This document shows positions 9,797 to 19,794 of a stretch of DNA of 64,000 nucleotides, piece by piece. Origin of the DNA: Spirulina sp. (GTDB lineage Bacteria; Cyanobacteriota; Cyanobacteriia; Phormidesmidales; Phormidesmidaceae); the NCBI GenBank assembly GCA_044070495.1, contig JBIPSI010000002.1, positions 201,945 through 265,944 on the forward strand, written 5' to 3'. Made by a program: the position numbers and the translations under genes. Below the pieces are notes generated by a model, which was given only the letters and a program-made list of their open reading frames with translations, was not told where the DNA came from and made no database searches. Positions within the stretch are counted from its first letter, which is position 1. The number at the start of each line of letters is the position of its first letter.

Positions 9797-10807
9797 ATGA
9801 CCACCTGCTTTCAACAACTAGCCCAGGCGTTGACCCATGGCCCCGCTGTTTTGGCTACGGTCATCGGTGTCCGGGGTTCGGTTCCCCGTGAGGTGGGGGC
9901 GCGGCTGGTGGTAGATGCCCAGGGCCAAGCCTTCAACACCATCGGCGGCGGGGCAGGGGAGGCCAAGGTGCTGGCCCAAGCGCAGATCGTGCTGCAAACG
10001 GGCGTGTCCCAAATGGTGGAGATTGACCTCACGGGCGCACCGAATCGCCAAACCCAGGGCGTTTGTGGCGGTCAGATGCAGGTGTGGCTAGAGCGCTGGC
10101 AAGGGGAAACCGCCCTGGCCCTGGCCCAGACCATTGTGCAGCGGCTCCAGCGGGGGCAAACCGTCACCCTGGTGACCCCCCTGGATGGGGCAGGCACCCC
10201 CTATCTCAGCGAAACGCCCTCTGATCTTGACCCTGGCCTCGGCCCCGCCGCCGCCTTTGTAGAGACCCTGCAACCACCGCCCCTGCTGCTGATCGTGGGC
10301 GCTGGCCATGTGGGGGTGCAACTGGCCAAGGTAGCCCACCTGGCCGGGTTCGAGATCGCCATCCAGGACGACCGCCCCGACTGGGCTAATACGCGGCTCT
10401 ATCCCCAGGCAAGCCACCTGCTGGCCCAGCCCATCGAACCGGCCCTCGCCCCCTTGGCCAACCATCCCAGCCTCTACGTTGCCCTGGTTACCCGTGGCTA
10501 CACCTACGACCTAGAAGCCCTCACCCAGCTTTTACAACGCCCTATCCCCTGCCCCTACATCGGCATGATCGGCAGCGAAAAGCGAGTGCGCCAGGTGTAC
10601 CAAGCCCTCGAACAATCGGGTATCCCTCGCTCCAGGTTGGCCAATATCTATGGCCCCATCGGCCTGGATATCGAAGCCCTCACCCCCGAAGAAATTGCCG
10701 TCAGCATCACCGCCGAACTGATTATGGTGCGACGCGGCGGCACCGGACGGCCCCTGTCTGAACGCCTCCGCCAGCAAATGCAGGGTGGCCATAGCGTCAC
10801 CCTGTGA
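9797..10807 (+). CDS. xdhC: XdhC/CoxI family molybdoenzyme accessory protein
   Basis: GSVPREVGA..TIGGGAGE..GVCGG; IVGAGHVG; YIGMIGS..PIGLDI..TPEEIAVSITAE. Confidence 0.88.
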   Translation: MTTCFQQLAQALTHGPAVLATVIGVRGSVPREVGARLVVDAQGQAFNTIGGGAGEAKVLAQAQIVLQTGVSQMVEIDLTGAPNRQTQGVCGGQMQVWLERWQGETALALAQTIVQRLQRGQTVTLVTPLDGAGTPYLSETPSDLDPGLGPAAAFVETLQPPPLLLIVGAGHVGVQLAKVAHLAGFEIAIQDDRPDWANTRLYPQASHLLAQPIEPALAPLANHPSLYVALVTRGYTYDLEALTQLLQRPIPCPYIGMIGSEKRVRQVYQALEQSGIPRSRLANIYGPIGLDIEALTPEEIAVSITAELIMVRRGGTGRPLSERLRQQMQGGHSVTL

Positions 10808-10873
10808 ACCTGGGCACTGCGTAAACCTTTATGGCTAACTTCGTTTGGGGCCAAGTCCAGGGGCAGGATAGAC

Positions 10874-12277
10874 ATGTTGTTCCATCGCCCTAAGGTGTCT
10901 ATGCTAGAGGCCACCCCTTCCCCCCAACCCCCTGAATCTGCGCCTAGTGATCCGGTTGTTACCGCCCCTGTACCCTCTAGCGAAGAATTGTGGGAGATCG
11001 TTGACCACCACCTGATTCGCTACGGCGGATCCTTTGCTCCCCGGTTGATTGAACGGGCGCGGGGCAGCTATCTCTACGATCAGCAGGGCCGCAAGATTTT
11101 GGACTTCACCTCTGGGCAAATGTGCGCCACCCTGGGCCACAACCATCCTGAGGTGGTGCAGGCCATCCACAAAGCCTGTGAAGAGGTGCTGCACCTGTTT
11201 AGCGGTATGTTGTCGCCCTCGGTGGTGGAACTGGCGGATACTCTCTGCAAGCTGCTGCCCCCCACCTTGCAAAAGGCCATCTTTCTAAACACAGGCAGCG
11301 AGGTGAACGAAGCCGCCCTGCGCATGGCCAAGCTGCATACCGGAGGCTTTGAAGTCGTGGGCCTCAGCACCTCCTGGCACGGCATGACTGCCGGAGCCAG
11401 CGCCAGCACCTTTGTCGCAGCCAGAAAGGGCTATGGGCCGATGATTCCTGGCAACTTTGCCCTGCCCACCCCCAACTGCTACCGCTGCCCCGTGCGCCAC
11501 TGCCAAGACCAGTGCGACATGACCTGCCTAGCGGTGGGGTTTGAGTTAATCGATAGCCAGTCCGTAGGGGCCTACGCCGCGCTGATTGTAGAACCTGTCC
11601 TCAGTTCGGGGGGCATTATTGAGCCGCCAGAGGGCTATTTTCAGCGGCTTCAGGACTACTGCCGCCAGCGGGGTATGCTGCTGATTTTGGATGAGGCCCA
11701 AACCGCCTTTGGTCGCCTGGGTAGTCTCTTCGCCTTTGAGCAACTGGGCATCGTGCCAGACATCCTCACCCTGTCGAAAACCCTGGGCGGCGGACTGCCC
11801 CTAGCCGCCACCGTCACCAGTGCCGCCATCGAGGCCGACTGCTACGACAAGGGCTTTCTCTACTACACCTCCCACGTCTCCGACCCCATGCCAGCGGAGG
11901 TGGGCCTAGCGGTGCTGCGGGTGCTGACCACCCAGAACCTCGCCGAACGAGCCACCACCATGGGAGCCTACCTAAAGGCCGGTTTACTGAAACTCAAAGA
12001 CCGCTACGAGGTGATTGGCGACGTTCGCGGTCGGGGGCTGCTGCTGGGGGTAGAACTGGTGAAGGACCGGGCAAGCCGCACACCCAACCCCGAACTAGGA
12101 GCCGCCATCACCCGCCGCTGCATGGAACTAGGCCTAAGCATGAACATCACCGCCCTGCCCAACATGGGGAGCGTCTGGCGCATTGCTCCGCCGTTGACGG
12201 TGACCCAGGAAGAACTCGACGAAGGGCTAACTATTCTAGAACAGGCTATTGGCGACTGCCTTGCCGCCGCTGGATAA
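10874..12277 (+). CDS. dgdA: Class-III PLP aminotransferase, 2,2-dialkylglycine decarboxylase-like
   Basis: LDFTSGQM, HLFSGMLS, SWHGMT, EPVLSSGGII, DEAQT, TLSKTLG, YTSHVSDP, RIAPPLT resemble Burkholderia DgdA as I recall it. Confidence 0.8.
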   Translation: MLFHRPKVSMLEATPSPQPPESAPSDPVVTAPVPSSEELWEIVDHHLIRYGGSFAPRLIERARGSYLYDQQGRKILDFTSGQMCATLGHNHPEVVQAIHKACEEVLHLFSGMLSPSVVELADTLCKLLPPTLQKAIFLNTGSEVNEAALRMAKLHTGGFEVVGLSTSWHGMTAGASASTFVAARKGYGPMIPGNFALPTPNCYRCPVRHCQDQCDMTCLAVGFELIDSQSVGAYAALIVEPVLSSGGIIEPPEGYFQRLQDYCRQRGMLLILDEAQTAFGRLGSLFAFEQLGIVPDILTLSKTLGGGLPLAATVTSAAIEADCYDKGFLYYTSHVSDPMPAEVGLAVLRVLTTQNLAERATTMGAYLKAGLLKLKDRYEVIGDVRGRGLLLGVELVKDRASRTPNPELGAAITRRCMELGLSMNITALPNMGSVWRIAPPLTVTQEELDEGLTILEQAIGDCLAAAG

Positions 12278-12497
12278 GCCATCTGCCAAGCGCTACAATC
12301 CCGCGTCCCAAAATACCAAGTTGTCCGCTAGCTCGATGCTGGGGGGATGGGCGGCGAGGAGACCTCACCCTAGTCCTCTCCCACGGGGCAAGGGGTTGGG
12401 GATATAGACCAGGAGGGGCTTCTCCTTGAGTGGGCCAGAAACGTTTGTCAGTCAACCAGGGGCTTGGCATACTGTAGCGGTACAAGAGAGACCTACC

Positions 12498-12860
12498 ATG
12501 CTGATTCGTAAACTGCTGGATTGCCCAGAATTCATCGCCGGAGACGGCACCCGCCTGCGAGAACTGCTGCACCCCGACAAGCAGGATCTTGCCCTAGGCT
12601 ATAGCCTCGCCCATGCCATTGTGCCCGTGGGACAGGTTTCGGTTCCCCATGCCCTTACGACTTCTGAGGTGTACTACCTCCTCTCTGGGGTGGGCGAAAT
12701 GCACATCAACGACGAAGTGCAGCGGGTGGAACCGGGGGATGCGGTCTACATTCCGCCCAATGCCCGCCAATTTATCAGCAATGTCGGCGAGGAACCGCTG
12801 GTATTCATTTGTCTGGTGGATCCGGCCTGGCGCAAGGAAGATGAGACTATCTTCGCCTAA
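12498..12860 (+). CDS. Cupin domain protein
   Basis: SLAHA..PHAL..EVYYLLSGVGEMHI..PGDAVYIPP cupin motifs. Confidence 0.85.
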   Translation: MLIRKLLDCPEFIAGDGTRLRELLHPDKQDLALGYSLAHAIVPVGQVSVPHALTTSEVYYLLSGVGEMHINDEVQRVEPGDAVYIPPNARQFISNVGEEPLVFICLVDPAWRKEDETIFA

Positions 12861-13049
12861 CCTGATCTCACATCCTGGTTAGCTAGCTCTGATTCTCTAG
12901 GGGTGCATTGCGGCTAATCAAAATGATTAGTGCGTGACTATGGTGCGTGACTGTGTAGGAGTTGAGCCGCGTAGGCTGTGCCGCGCCCTTGGCGCTATGC
13001 CCCCTACGATTCTGGGGTGGGAGGGGTGGGGAATTGGTAGGGCGCGGCC

Positions 13050-15860
13050 CTAGGGGGTTTGCTCGCTAAGCTGCTGAAGGAGATCCTCAAGGCGTTGCTG
13101 GGCCTGGCCATAGCGTTGCCAGTCTCCCTGTTGCAGGGCGGTTTGACCCTCCTGGTAGGCGCTCAGGGCCGCCTGGATGAGGCCAGAGAGATCGGTGGGG
13201 GTGGGGGGCGGGGCGGCAGGATCGACGGGCACCGGGGCGGGGCGGGTGGCCCCAAAAATGGCCTCTAGGGCTTGGTCGAGGGTTTCTTGCATCACCACTT
13301 GGTCACCGTAGGCGACGATCACCCGCCGCAGCTCGGGTAGTTCGCCCTGTTCGGCCCGCAGATAAATGGGCTGCACGTAGAGCAAAGACTGTTCGATGGG
13401 AATCACCAGCAGGTTGCCCTTCAGCACCCGCGACCCCTGTTGGCTCCAGAGGGTAATTTGCTCGGAGATTTCGGGGGTTTGGTTAATGCGGGCCTCGATC
13501 TGGCTGGGGCCAAAGATCAACTCCTGCTTAGGAAATTCGTAGAGCAGCAGCCTGCCGTAGTTGTCGCCATCGGAGCCGCCCGCTAACCAGGCGATCATGT
13601 TGTCGCGGTTGGCGGGGGTGAAGGGCAGAATTTGCAGAAACTCCTCCCGCTCCAGTTTGGGCAGCTTCATGATCACGTAGTAGGGGGCCATGGTTTCCAG
13701 GTTGCCGTCCTGGCTGTGTTCGGGGAAGCGCCAGAGGTCTTCGCGGTTGTAGAACACTTCCGGGTTTTCCATGTGGTAGGCCCGATACATCTGGGCCTGG
13801 ATGGTGAAGATGTCGTGGGGGTAGCGCAGGTGTTCCCGGTAGGTGGCGGGCATGGCCTCGCTGGGCTGAAACAGGCTGGGAAACATCTTCTGGTAGGTGG
13901 CCAGCACGGGGTCGGCGGTGTCGCGCACGAAGAATTCTAGGGTGCCATCGTAGGCATCGACAAACACCTTCACCGCATCCCGCACATAGTTGGCGCTAGG
14001 CGGCAGCAGGCCATAGCTAGGGTCGGCGACGGCCAGCATTTCGCTGTAGCGGTGCAGGGGTTCGGAGTAGGGGTAGCGGTCGCTGACGGTGTAGCCGTCC
14101 ATCACCCACTTCAGCCGTCCGTTGACCACCACCATGTAGGGGTCGCTGTCGTAGGTGAGGAAGGGGGCCACCCGCTGTACCCGGTCGCGGATCAGGCGGT
14201 GGTAGTGGATGCGGGAATCGGCGTTGAAGTAATTCGAGGTTAGCAGGCGCAGATTGCCGAGGTCGTAGGCGTAGACCAGGCGGCGCAGCAGGGAATTGAG
14301 TGGCACCCCGCCCTGGCCGGTGTAGCGGTAGGTGGCGTTGGTGTCGCCCAGGGGGTAGTCAAACTCGTCGGTGTTGGTGCCCGTGAAGATGTAGTTGGCG
14401 GTGTCTTCTCCGTAGTAGATGCGGGGTTGATCCAGGGCTAGATCCACCGTGGAGTCGGGGGGCACATTGCGCAGGAAAAATTCTGGCATACCGTTGCTGG
14501 CGGCTCGGTTGACGGGGCTCATCACCAGGCCAAAGCCGTGGGTGAATTTAAGCTGGCGGTTAATCCAGTTTTGGGCCTCCGGGGGCAACTGTGCCACCGA
14601 TAGCTCGCGGGCGGAGAGCGTCACCTGGCGGTAGTCGCCGTTGAGGGTGTAGCGGTCGATATCGACATCGCTGAAGTTGTAGTAGAGCCGAATTTCCTGG
14701 AGCTGCTTATAGGAACTCAGCAGCGGCGCATCGTCCCAGAGGCGAATGTTGCGCACCGTGGGCTGGTTGGCATCCAGCAAGGCTCGATCCAACTGATTGT
14801 CGGCGGGGAAGGGTTCGGCGACAACGTTCGTGAGGCTGTAGGCTTGGCGGGTGAAGGCAATGTTGTGCTCAATGTAGGGTCGCTCGATGGTGAGTTCGTT
14901 GGGCTCTACCACGAAATTTTGCTGAAACCAGGGATACAGCCCGTTGGCCAGCACCAGCACCGCTAGGTAAAACCCCATGCCCACCATCGGCAGGTAAAAG
15001 CCGCTGCGCCACAGGGCCATCACAAACAATATGGCGATGGACATCGTGACAAAGCTCATCAGCCAGTAGGCTTGCAGCCGCGCATGGACATCGGTATAGC
15101 CCGCCCCAAAGATCACTCCGCCCTCGGAGAACAGCAGGGAATAGCGATCGAGCCAAAACCCCCAGGCCAACACTGTCGCCAGCCCCGCCAACAGCAGGCA
15201 GATGTGGGTCTTGGTCTCTCCAGTGAGGAAATATTTCCAGCCCCGTTCGGGCCGGATTTCCCCCTTTAGGCCATAGACCGCCAGGGCCAACAGCAGCGCC
15301 CACACCCCCAGGCCCACCAGTTGGCTCTGCAAGCCCTGCCACAGGGGCAACCGAAACAGGTAGAAACCAATATCCTGATTAAAAATCGGGTCGGTTTGGT
15401 CAAAAAATGATGGATTGAGGAATTGCAGCACCGTTTCCCAGGCCGCCGCCCCCCGCCAAGCCGTTCCCAAGGCCAGCAGCCCAATAACCCCCAAACTACC
15501 CAGGTGCAGCAGTTGCTCAAACTGTTCTCGCTGCTGCTGGCTGCTGTAGCGGCTCAAAAATCGGTAGCTGCGTTCGCGGGTGGCCACCATGGCTAGGCGG
15601 TAGTTGCCCCACAGCCAAAGGGCCGTTAGCCCAAAGGTGCCTAGCCCCAGGCCCAACTGCCAGCGCAGCCGTTTGCCAAACACCGCCCCATAGCCCACCG
15701 ACTCAAACCACCAAGACTCGGTGAGCAGGTGCACCAGGCTACCCGCCGTCACCAAAATCATCACCGCCACCAAGAGCCAAGGCAACAGTCGTCTCCCTCG
15801 GTAGGGATGGGCGGCGGATTTGGGGTTAGGGTAAAAAGTCACAGGGGCCAGAGCAATCAA
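13050..15860 (-). CDS. UPF0182 family membrane protein
   Basis: WWFESVGY, DIGFYLFRLP, GAGYTDVHA, NIRLWD, QLQEIRLYY, FTHGFG, PRIYYGE, GNLLVIP. Confidence 0.93.
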   Translation of the reverse strand: MIALAPVTFYPNPKSAAHPYRGRRLLPWLLVAVMILVTAGSLVHLLTESWWFESVGYGAVFGKRLRWQLGLGLGTFGLTALWLWGNYRLAMVATRERSYRFLSRYSSQQQREQFEQLLHLGSLGVIGLLALGTAWRGAAAWETVLQFLNPSFFDQTDPIFNQDIGFYLFRLPLWQGLQSQLVGLGVWALLLALAVYGLKGEIRPERGWKYFLTGETKTHICLLLAGLATVLAWGFWLDRYSLLFSEGGVIFGAGYTDVHARLQAYWLMSFVTMSIAILFVMALWRSGFYLPMVGMGFYLAVLVLANGLYPWFQQNFVVEPNELTIERPYIEHNIAFTRQAYSLTNVVAEPFPADNQLDRALLDANQPTVRNIRLWDDAPLLSSYKQLQEIRLYYNFSDVDIDRYTLNGDYRQVTLSARELSVAQLPPEAQNWINRQLKFTHGFGLVMSPVNRAASNGMPEFFLRNVPPDSTVDLALDQPRIYYGEDTANYIFTGTNTDEFDYPLGDTNATYRYTGQGGVPLNSLLRRLVYAYDLGNLRLLTSNYFNADSRIHYHRLIRDRVQRVAPFLTYDSDPYMVVVNGRLKWVMDGYTVSDRYPYSEPLHRYSEMLAVADPSYGLLPPSANYVRDAVKVFVDAYDGTLEFFVRDTADPVLATYQKMFPSLFQPSEAMPATYREHLRYPHDIFTIQAQMYRAYHMENPEVFYNREDLWRFPEHSQDGNLETMAPYYVIMKLPKLEREEFLQILPFTPANRDNMIAWLAGGSDGDNYGRLLLYEFPKQELIFGPSQIEARINQTPEISEQITLWSQQGSRVLKGNLLVIPIEQSLLYVQPIYLRAEQGELPELRRVIVAYGDQVVMQETLDQALEAIFGATRPAPVPVDPAAPPPTPTDLSGLIQAALSAYQEGQTALQQGDWQRYGQAQQRLEDLLQQLSEQTP

Positions 15861-15955
15861 GGTTCGCCCCGATCCTAACGCAAGGGGTTGAGGGGTTTTG
15901 TCCTTGGTAACGTTTTCTCAAGGGTGGCCTCAGCCAGGGACTTGCCAACGACCCC

Positions 15956-17017
15956 CTAGGCCGAGGGTGTCATGCGGTTGAGGTGACGATTGCGCCAAGT
16001 CCGAATGGCCTGGGCCTGACGCTGAACCGCCGTTAGGTATTGGGGCACAGCGGCGGCGGGGGACGTCTGCACTGGAGCCGATGGCGTGGTGTAGAGGCAC
16101 TGGGAGAGGCTGTCGAGGTGGGGCTCTAGGGCCAGATCGCGCACCAGGTGGTCGATGGAACTATAACGTTCGGTGGGATCGGGGCGGATCATTTTGTCGA
16201 GCATTCGACCAAAGTGATCACTGACGGTGACGTTGGACTGCCAGCGCACTTGGCCTGTTCTAGAATCCACATCAAAGTCTGAGGGCAGACAGGTGGTCAG
16301 CATAAATAGGCAGGTCATCCCCAGGGCATAGATGTCGCTGCCGTAGCAGGGGCGCAGGGCCAACTGTTCTGGCGGCGCAAACCCCGGTGTGCCCACAAAC
16401 TGGCTGACGGGAGACTGGTAGGCATTGGCTTCCTCTAGGTCGGCCAGAAACTCTCGCACCGCCCCAAAGTCGATCAACACCAGGCGGCGGTCAAACTCGC
16501 TGCGGATGATATTGGGAGGCTTGATGTCGCGGTGAATGATCCGGTTGCGGTGGATGAACTGCAACACCGGGATCATTTCCTGCAAAAAGTACTTCACCTG
16601 GGCTTCGGTTTGTCGCCCCTGCCGCCGCACCTCCTGGGTAATGGTGTGGCCCTGGATATACTCTTGCACCAGGTAAAACTCGCCCCGAATAGTGAAGTAA
16701 TCGAGCAGGCAGGGAATTTGGGAGTGGCTACCTAGATTGGCGAGGGCTTTGGCCTCTCGCCGAAACCGCACCTTGGCCCGTTCTAAGGAAAGATCGTTGC
16801 GGGTGCGGGGGGCCAGTTGTTTAATCACACAGCGGGGCTGGCCCGGTAGCCGCATATCCTGGGCGAGGTAGGTGACACCAAACCCCCCCTGGCCCAAAGC
16901 ACGCAGCACTCGATAGCGCTGCCGAAACAAATCCTGGGACTGATAAAACGCACCGATTGCGCCGCTAAAGCTGCGGTCGGAGTTCCCGTAGGACGATGGG
17001 GCGGCGGGGTTGGGCAT
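15956..17017 (-). CDS. Hanks-type Ser/Thr protein kinase
   Basis: LGQGGFG, CVIKQL, HRDIKPPN, IDFG, GTPGFAPPEQ all intact. Confidence 0.93.
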   Translation of the reverse strand: MPNPAAPSSYGNSDRSFSGAIGAFYQSQDLFRQRYRVLRALGQGGFGVTYLAQDMRLPGQPRCVIKQLAPRTRNDLSLERAKVRFRREAKALANLGSHSQIPCLLDYFTIRGEFYLVQEYIQGHTITQEVRRQGRQTEAQVKYFLQEMIPVLQFIHRNRIIHRDIKPPNIIRSEFDRRLVLIDFGAVREFLADLEEANAYQSPVSQFVGTPGFAPPEQLALRPCYGSDIYALGMTCLFMLTTCLPSDFDVDSRTGQVRWQSNVTVSDHFGRMLDKMIRPDPTERYSSIDHLVRDLALEPHLDSLSQCLYTTPSAPVQTSPAAAVPQYLTAVQRQAQAIRTWRNRHLNRMTPSA

Positions 17018-17119
17018 GGGGAAAGTCTAGGATGGCTAAGGACAAGGAGTCAACCAAAACGGAACTCAGCCTCGCGGGTTACTTCCATGCGGGTTAGTTC
17101 CATTCTATCGGACATGGCC

Positions 17120-18211
17120 CTAGGCTTGGGGTAGCCAAAAAGTGAAGGTAGCGCCCTGGTGGAGCTGGCTAGTGACGGTAATTTCGCCCCCCTGCACGGT
17201 GACGAGGCGGCGACAGATGGTCAGCCCTAGGCCCGTGCCCCCAGACCGACGGTTGCGGGAACGGTCGGCCCGCCAAAAGCGCTCAAACACGTAGGGTAAG
17301 TCGGCCTCGGCAATGCCCGATCCGGTGTCGGCGACTGAGACATAGACCCGCTGGGGTTCGGCCCAGGCCCGCACCTCCACCTTGCCGTAGTCGGTGTAGC
17401 GGAGGGCATTGCCCAGCAGGTTAATCAGAATTTGCTCGATGCGGCTAGGGTCGGCGTAGACCGCTGGTAAATCCGTCGGCACCTCCAGCAGGAGGGACAC
17501 CTGGTCAGGGTTGGCACGCTGTCCCTCAAAGGTTTGGATTAGGCTGGTGAGCAGCGGCGGCAGGTCAACGCTCTGGGCCTGGATCGGCAGATATCCGGCC
17601 TCCAGTTTGGAGAGTTCCTGAAGATCGTTCACCAGCCGTTGTAAGCGGGTGGTTTCCGTGGCTAGGCGCTCGTAGAGTTCGGGCTGGGGGGGGATGGTGC
17701 CATCGGCAAGGCCCTCCAGGTAGCCGTGGAGAATGGTGAGGGGGGTGCGCAGTTCGTGGGTGAGATCGCCCACCAGTTCCCGCCGCCGCTGCTCAACGCC
17801 CTCCAAATCGGAAGCCATGCGGTTGAAGCTGTTGGCCAACCGCTGGATCTCCAGGATTTCCGAGGGGGGTACCCGCGCCGTGAGTTGTCCGGCGGCAAAC
17901 TGGCGGGTAATCTCCGCCATCTGATCCAAGGGTCGAATGATCCGGCGCGACACCCAGTAGCTCAAGACTCCGGCGGTGCCGCCCCCCACCAGGATCGACC
18001 ACACCATGCCCTTGCTCCAGGCGTCCTCAAACCCCTTCAGCAATTGGGTGCGACGATGGAGACTCATGACGCCGTTTTCGTAGCGTTGCAGGGTAATCAC
18101 CATCTGCCGGGGGGTATACAGCCGCCCAATGGCCAGCAGGGTCAAAATCCCAACGGTCATCACCGCCATGTGGGAGAGGAACAGACGACTACGTAGGTTG
18201 CACTTGGCCAT
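17120..18211 (-). CDS. HAMP-domain sensor histidine kinase
   Basis: 2 TM segments, HAMP, LTHELRTPL, NLLGNALRYT, DTGSGI, FERFWRAD, GGTGLGL. Confidence 0.92.
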   Translation of the reverse strand: MAKCNLRSRLFLSHMAVMTVGILTLLAIGRLYTPRQMVITLQRYENGVMSLHRRTQLLKGFEDAWSKGMVWSILVGGGTAGVLSYWVSRRIIRPLDQMAEITRQFAAGQLTARVPPSEILEIQRLANSFNRMASDLEGVEQRRRELVGDLTHELRTPLTILHGYLEGLADGTIPPQPELYERLATETTRLQRLVNDLQELSKLEAGYLPIQAQSVDLPPLLTSLIQTFEGQRANPDQVSLLLEVPTDLPAVYADPSRIEQILINLLGNALRYTDYGKVEVRAWAEPQRVYVSVADTGSGIAEADLPYVFERFWRADRSRNRRSGGTGLGLTICRRLVTVQGGEITVTSQLHQGATFTFWLPQA

Positions 18212-18219
18212 GCCACCCC

Positions 18220-18447
18220 TCAAGCGGGGGTGTGCTGAAGGTCGGGCTGTTCCTCCGGCACAATGGCCCCCTCCACCGGGCAGACCTGGAGGCAGATGCC
18301 GCAGTCGATGCAGGTGGAAAAGTCAATCCAGTACCAGTCGGTGCCCTTGGTGTTTTTGCCGGGGCCTTCGTGGATGCAGGCAACGGGGCAAGCCTCGACG
18401 CAGTCGGCAACCCCTTCACAGACGTTCGTAACAATGGTGTGGGCCAC
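18220..18447 (-). CDS. Bacterial-type dicluster ferredoxin (probably [3Fe-4S]+[4Fe-4S])
   Basis: CEGVADCVEACP and CIDCGICLQVCP. Confidence 0.9.
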   Translation of the reverse strand: MAHTIVTNVCEGVADCVEACPVACIHEGPGKNTKGTDWYWIDFSTCIDCGICLQVCPVEGAIVPEEQPDLQHTPA

Positions 18448-18558
18448 GGCCTATCCTCAATCGCAGACAGATCAACAGAGCGCATCAACGGAGCGCCAAC
18501 CGAGCACATCGGGCCAGGAAGCAGAGCTAGTCTGTCCGACCCGTGGCCATTTATCACG

Positions 18559-19794
18559 TTAGTGTAGGGTTTCGACTTGTGGCAACCCGTTGGCGTTAAT
18601 CCAGGCGATGTGCTGAATGCGGCGATGGCTGGCGATGGCCCGCAGATCGTCCTGGGAGGGCACCGCCGCCAAATGCACCTCTGCCCGCACCAGGGTGGCC
18701 GAGGCCCGCAGGGTTTGGGCGTAGGTAAAGGCCGCCGCCGCCGCCTGGGGGCTAGTGGGCACCACCAGCCAATCGCAGGGGGGGGTGCTCTGGGGCAGGT
18801 GCCCGGTGGGCAGCAGAGCCTGGTGCAGCATGTCGGTATCAAACACAAAGCCAATGCCGGGGAAGCCCTTGCCCTCTGGGTTAAACACCCCCAGCAGGTG
18901 GTCGTAGCGGCCCCCTCGGCCCAGCACCTGGCAGCCCAGTTCCGGCGGACTCACCACCTCAAACACTAGGCCCGTGTAGTAGTCGAAGGTTTGAATCAGG
19001 CTGAGGTCGAGGATCAGCGGCGGACGGTAGGCGGATTCGCCCTGGGGGGGCACCTCCCGCAGCAGCGCCACCAAGGACTTCAGCCGTTCCAAGGACTCCT
19101 GACCCGCTGGCCCCAGATCCAGGCTGCCGAGGGATTGCAGGATGTCCTCCGGTGCCCCCCGCAGGTCGAGCAGGTAGAGGGCCTGTGCCCGCTGGGCCTC
19201 GGACAAATTCAAGGTTTCCAAGGCCACTCGATCTAATTGAGCGAGGGCTTGGCGCACCTCGGCCCGCACCGCCACGGGGAAAGGCTCCAACAGGGCGCGG
19301 GTGAGGTTCGCATCCCCTAGCAGCAGACTCCAGCCCCTCAGGTTGAGGCTGGCCAGCCCATCGGTGAGCAGCAGCAGCATTTCGGCGTCGGCCAGGGTGT
19401 CTCCGGCCCCCAGTAGCTCCACCCCCGACTGGAAAAACTCCTGCTGACTACCCCGGTGGCCCTGATCGGCCTGACGAAAAACGTTGGCGTTGTAATAAAG
19501 CCGCTGGGGGTAGGTGACCCGGCTAAGCCGACTGACCGCCGCCCGCGCAATGGAGGCCGTTAGTTCGGGCCGTAGCCCCAGGCGTGGCCCAGCGGTGTGG
19601 TGCAGTTCTATCACCGCCGCTTGGTCAATGGCACCGCCAGCCATCAGGGTATCGAGCCGCTCGATGGTGGGGGTGATGATGCGGTGGTAGCCCCAGCGTT
19701 GGAAGACCTGCTCCAGACGATCCTCAATCCAGCGCTTTTGGGCGACATCTAGGGGTAAAAGGTCGCGGGCTCCGGTGGGTGGCTGATAAACCAT
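18559..19794 (-). CDS. hisZ: ATP phosphoribosyltransferase regulatory subunit
   Basis: PTGARDLLP, LRPELTASIARA, QEFFQSGVEL, DYYTGLVFE, GGRYD. Confidence 0.93.
   Translation of the reverse strand: MVYQPPTGARDLLPLDVAQKRWIEDRLEQVFQRWGYHRIITPTIERLDTLMAGGAIDQAAVIELHHTAGPRLGLRPELTASIARAAVSRLSRVTYPQRLYYNANVFRQADQGHRGSQQEFFQSGVELLGAGDTLADAEMLLLLTDGLASLNLRGWSLLLGDANLTRALLEPFPVAVRAEVRQALAQLDRVALETLNLSEAQRAQALYLLDLRGAPEDILQSLGSLDLGPAGQESLERLKSLVALLREVPPQGESAYRPPLILDLSLIQTFDYYTGLVFEVVSPPELGCQVLGRGGRYDHLLGVFNPEGKGFPGIGFVFDTDMLHQALLPTGHLPQSTPPCDWLVVPTSPQAAAAAFTYAQTLRASATLVRAEVHLAAVPSQDDLRAIASHRRIQHIAWINANGLPQVETLH

Noticed and set aside
12360..12405. Degenerate CCTCACCC..CCTCTCCC..GGGG repeat
   Set aside because: Resembles a common cyanobacterial dispersed palindrome but too decayed to call
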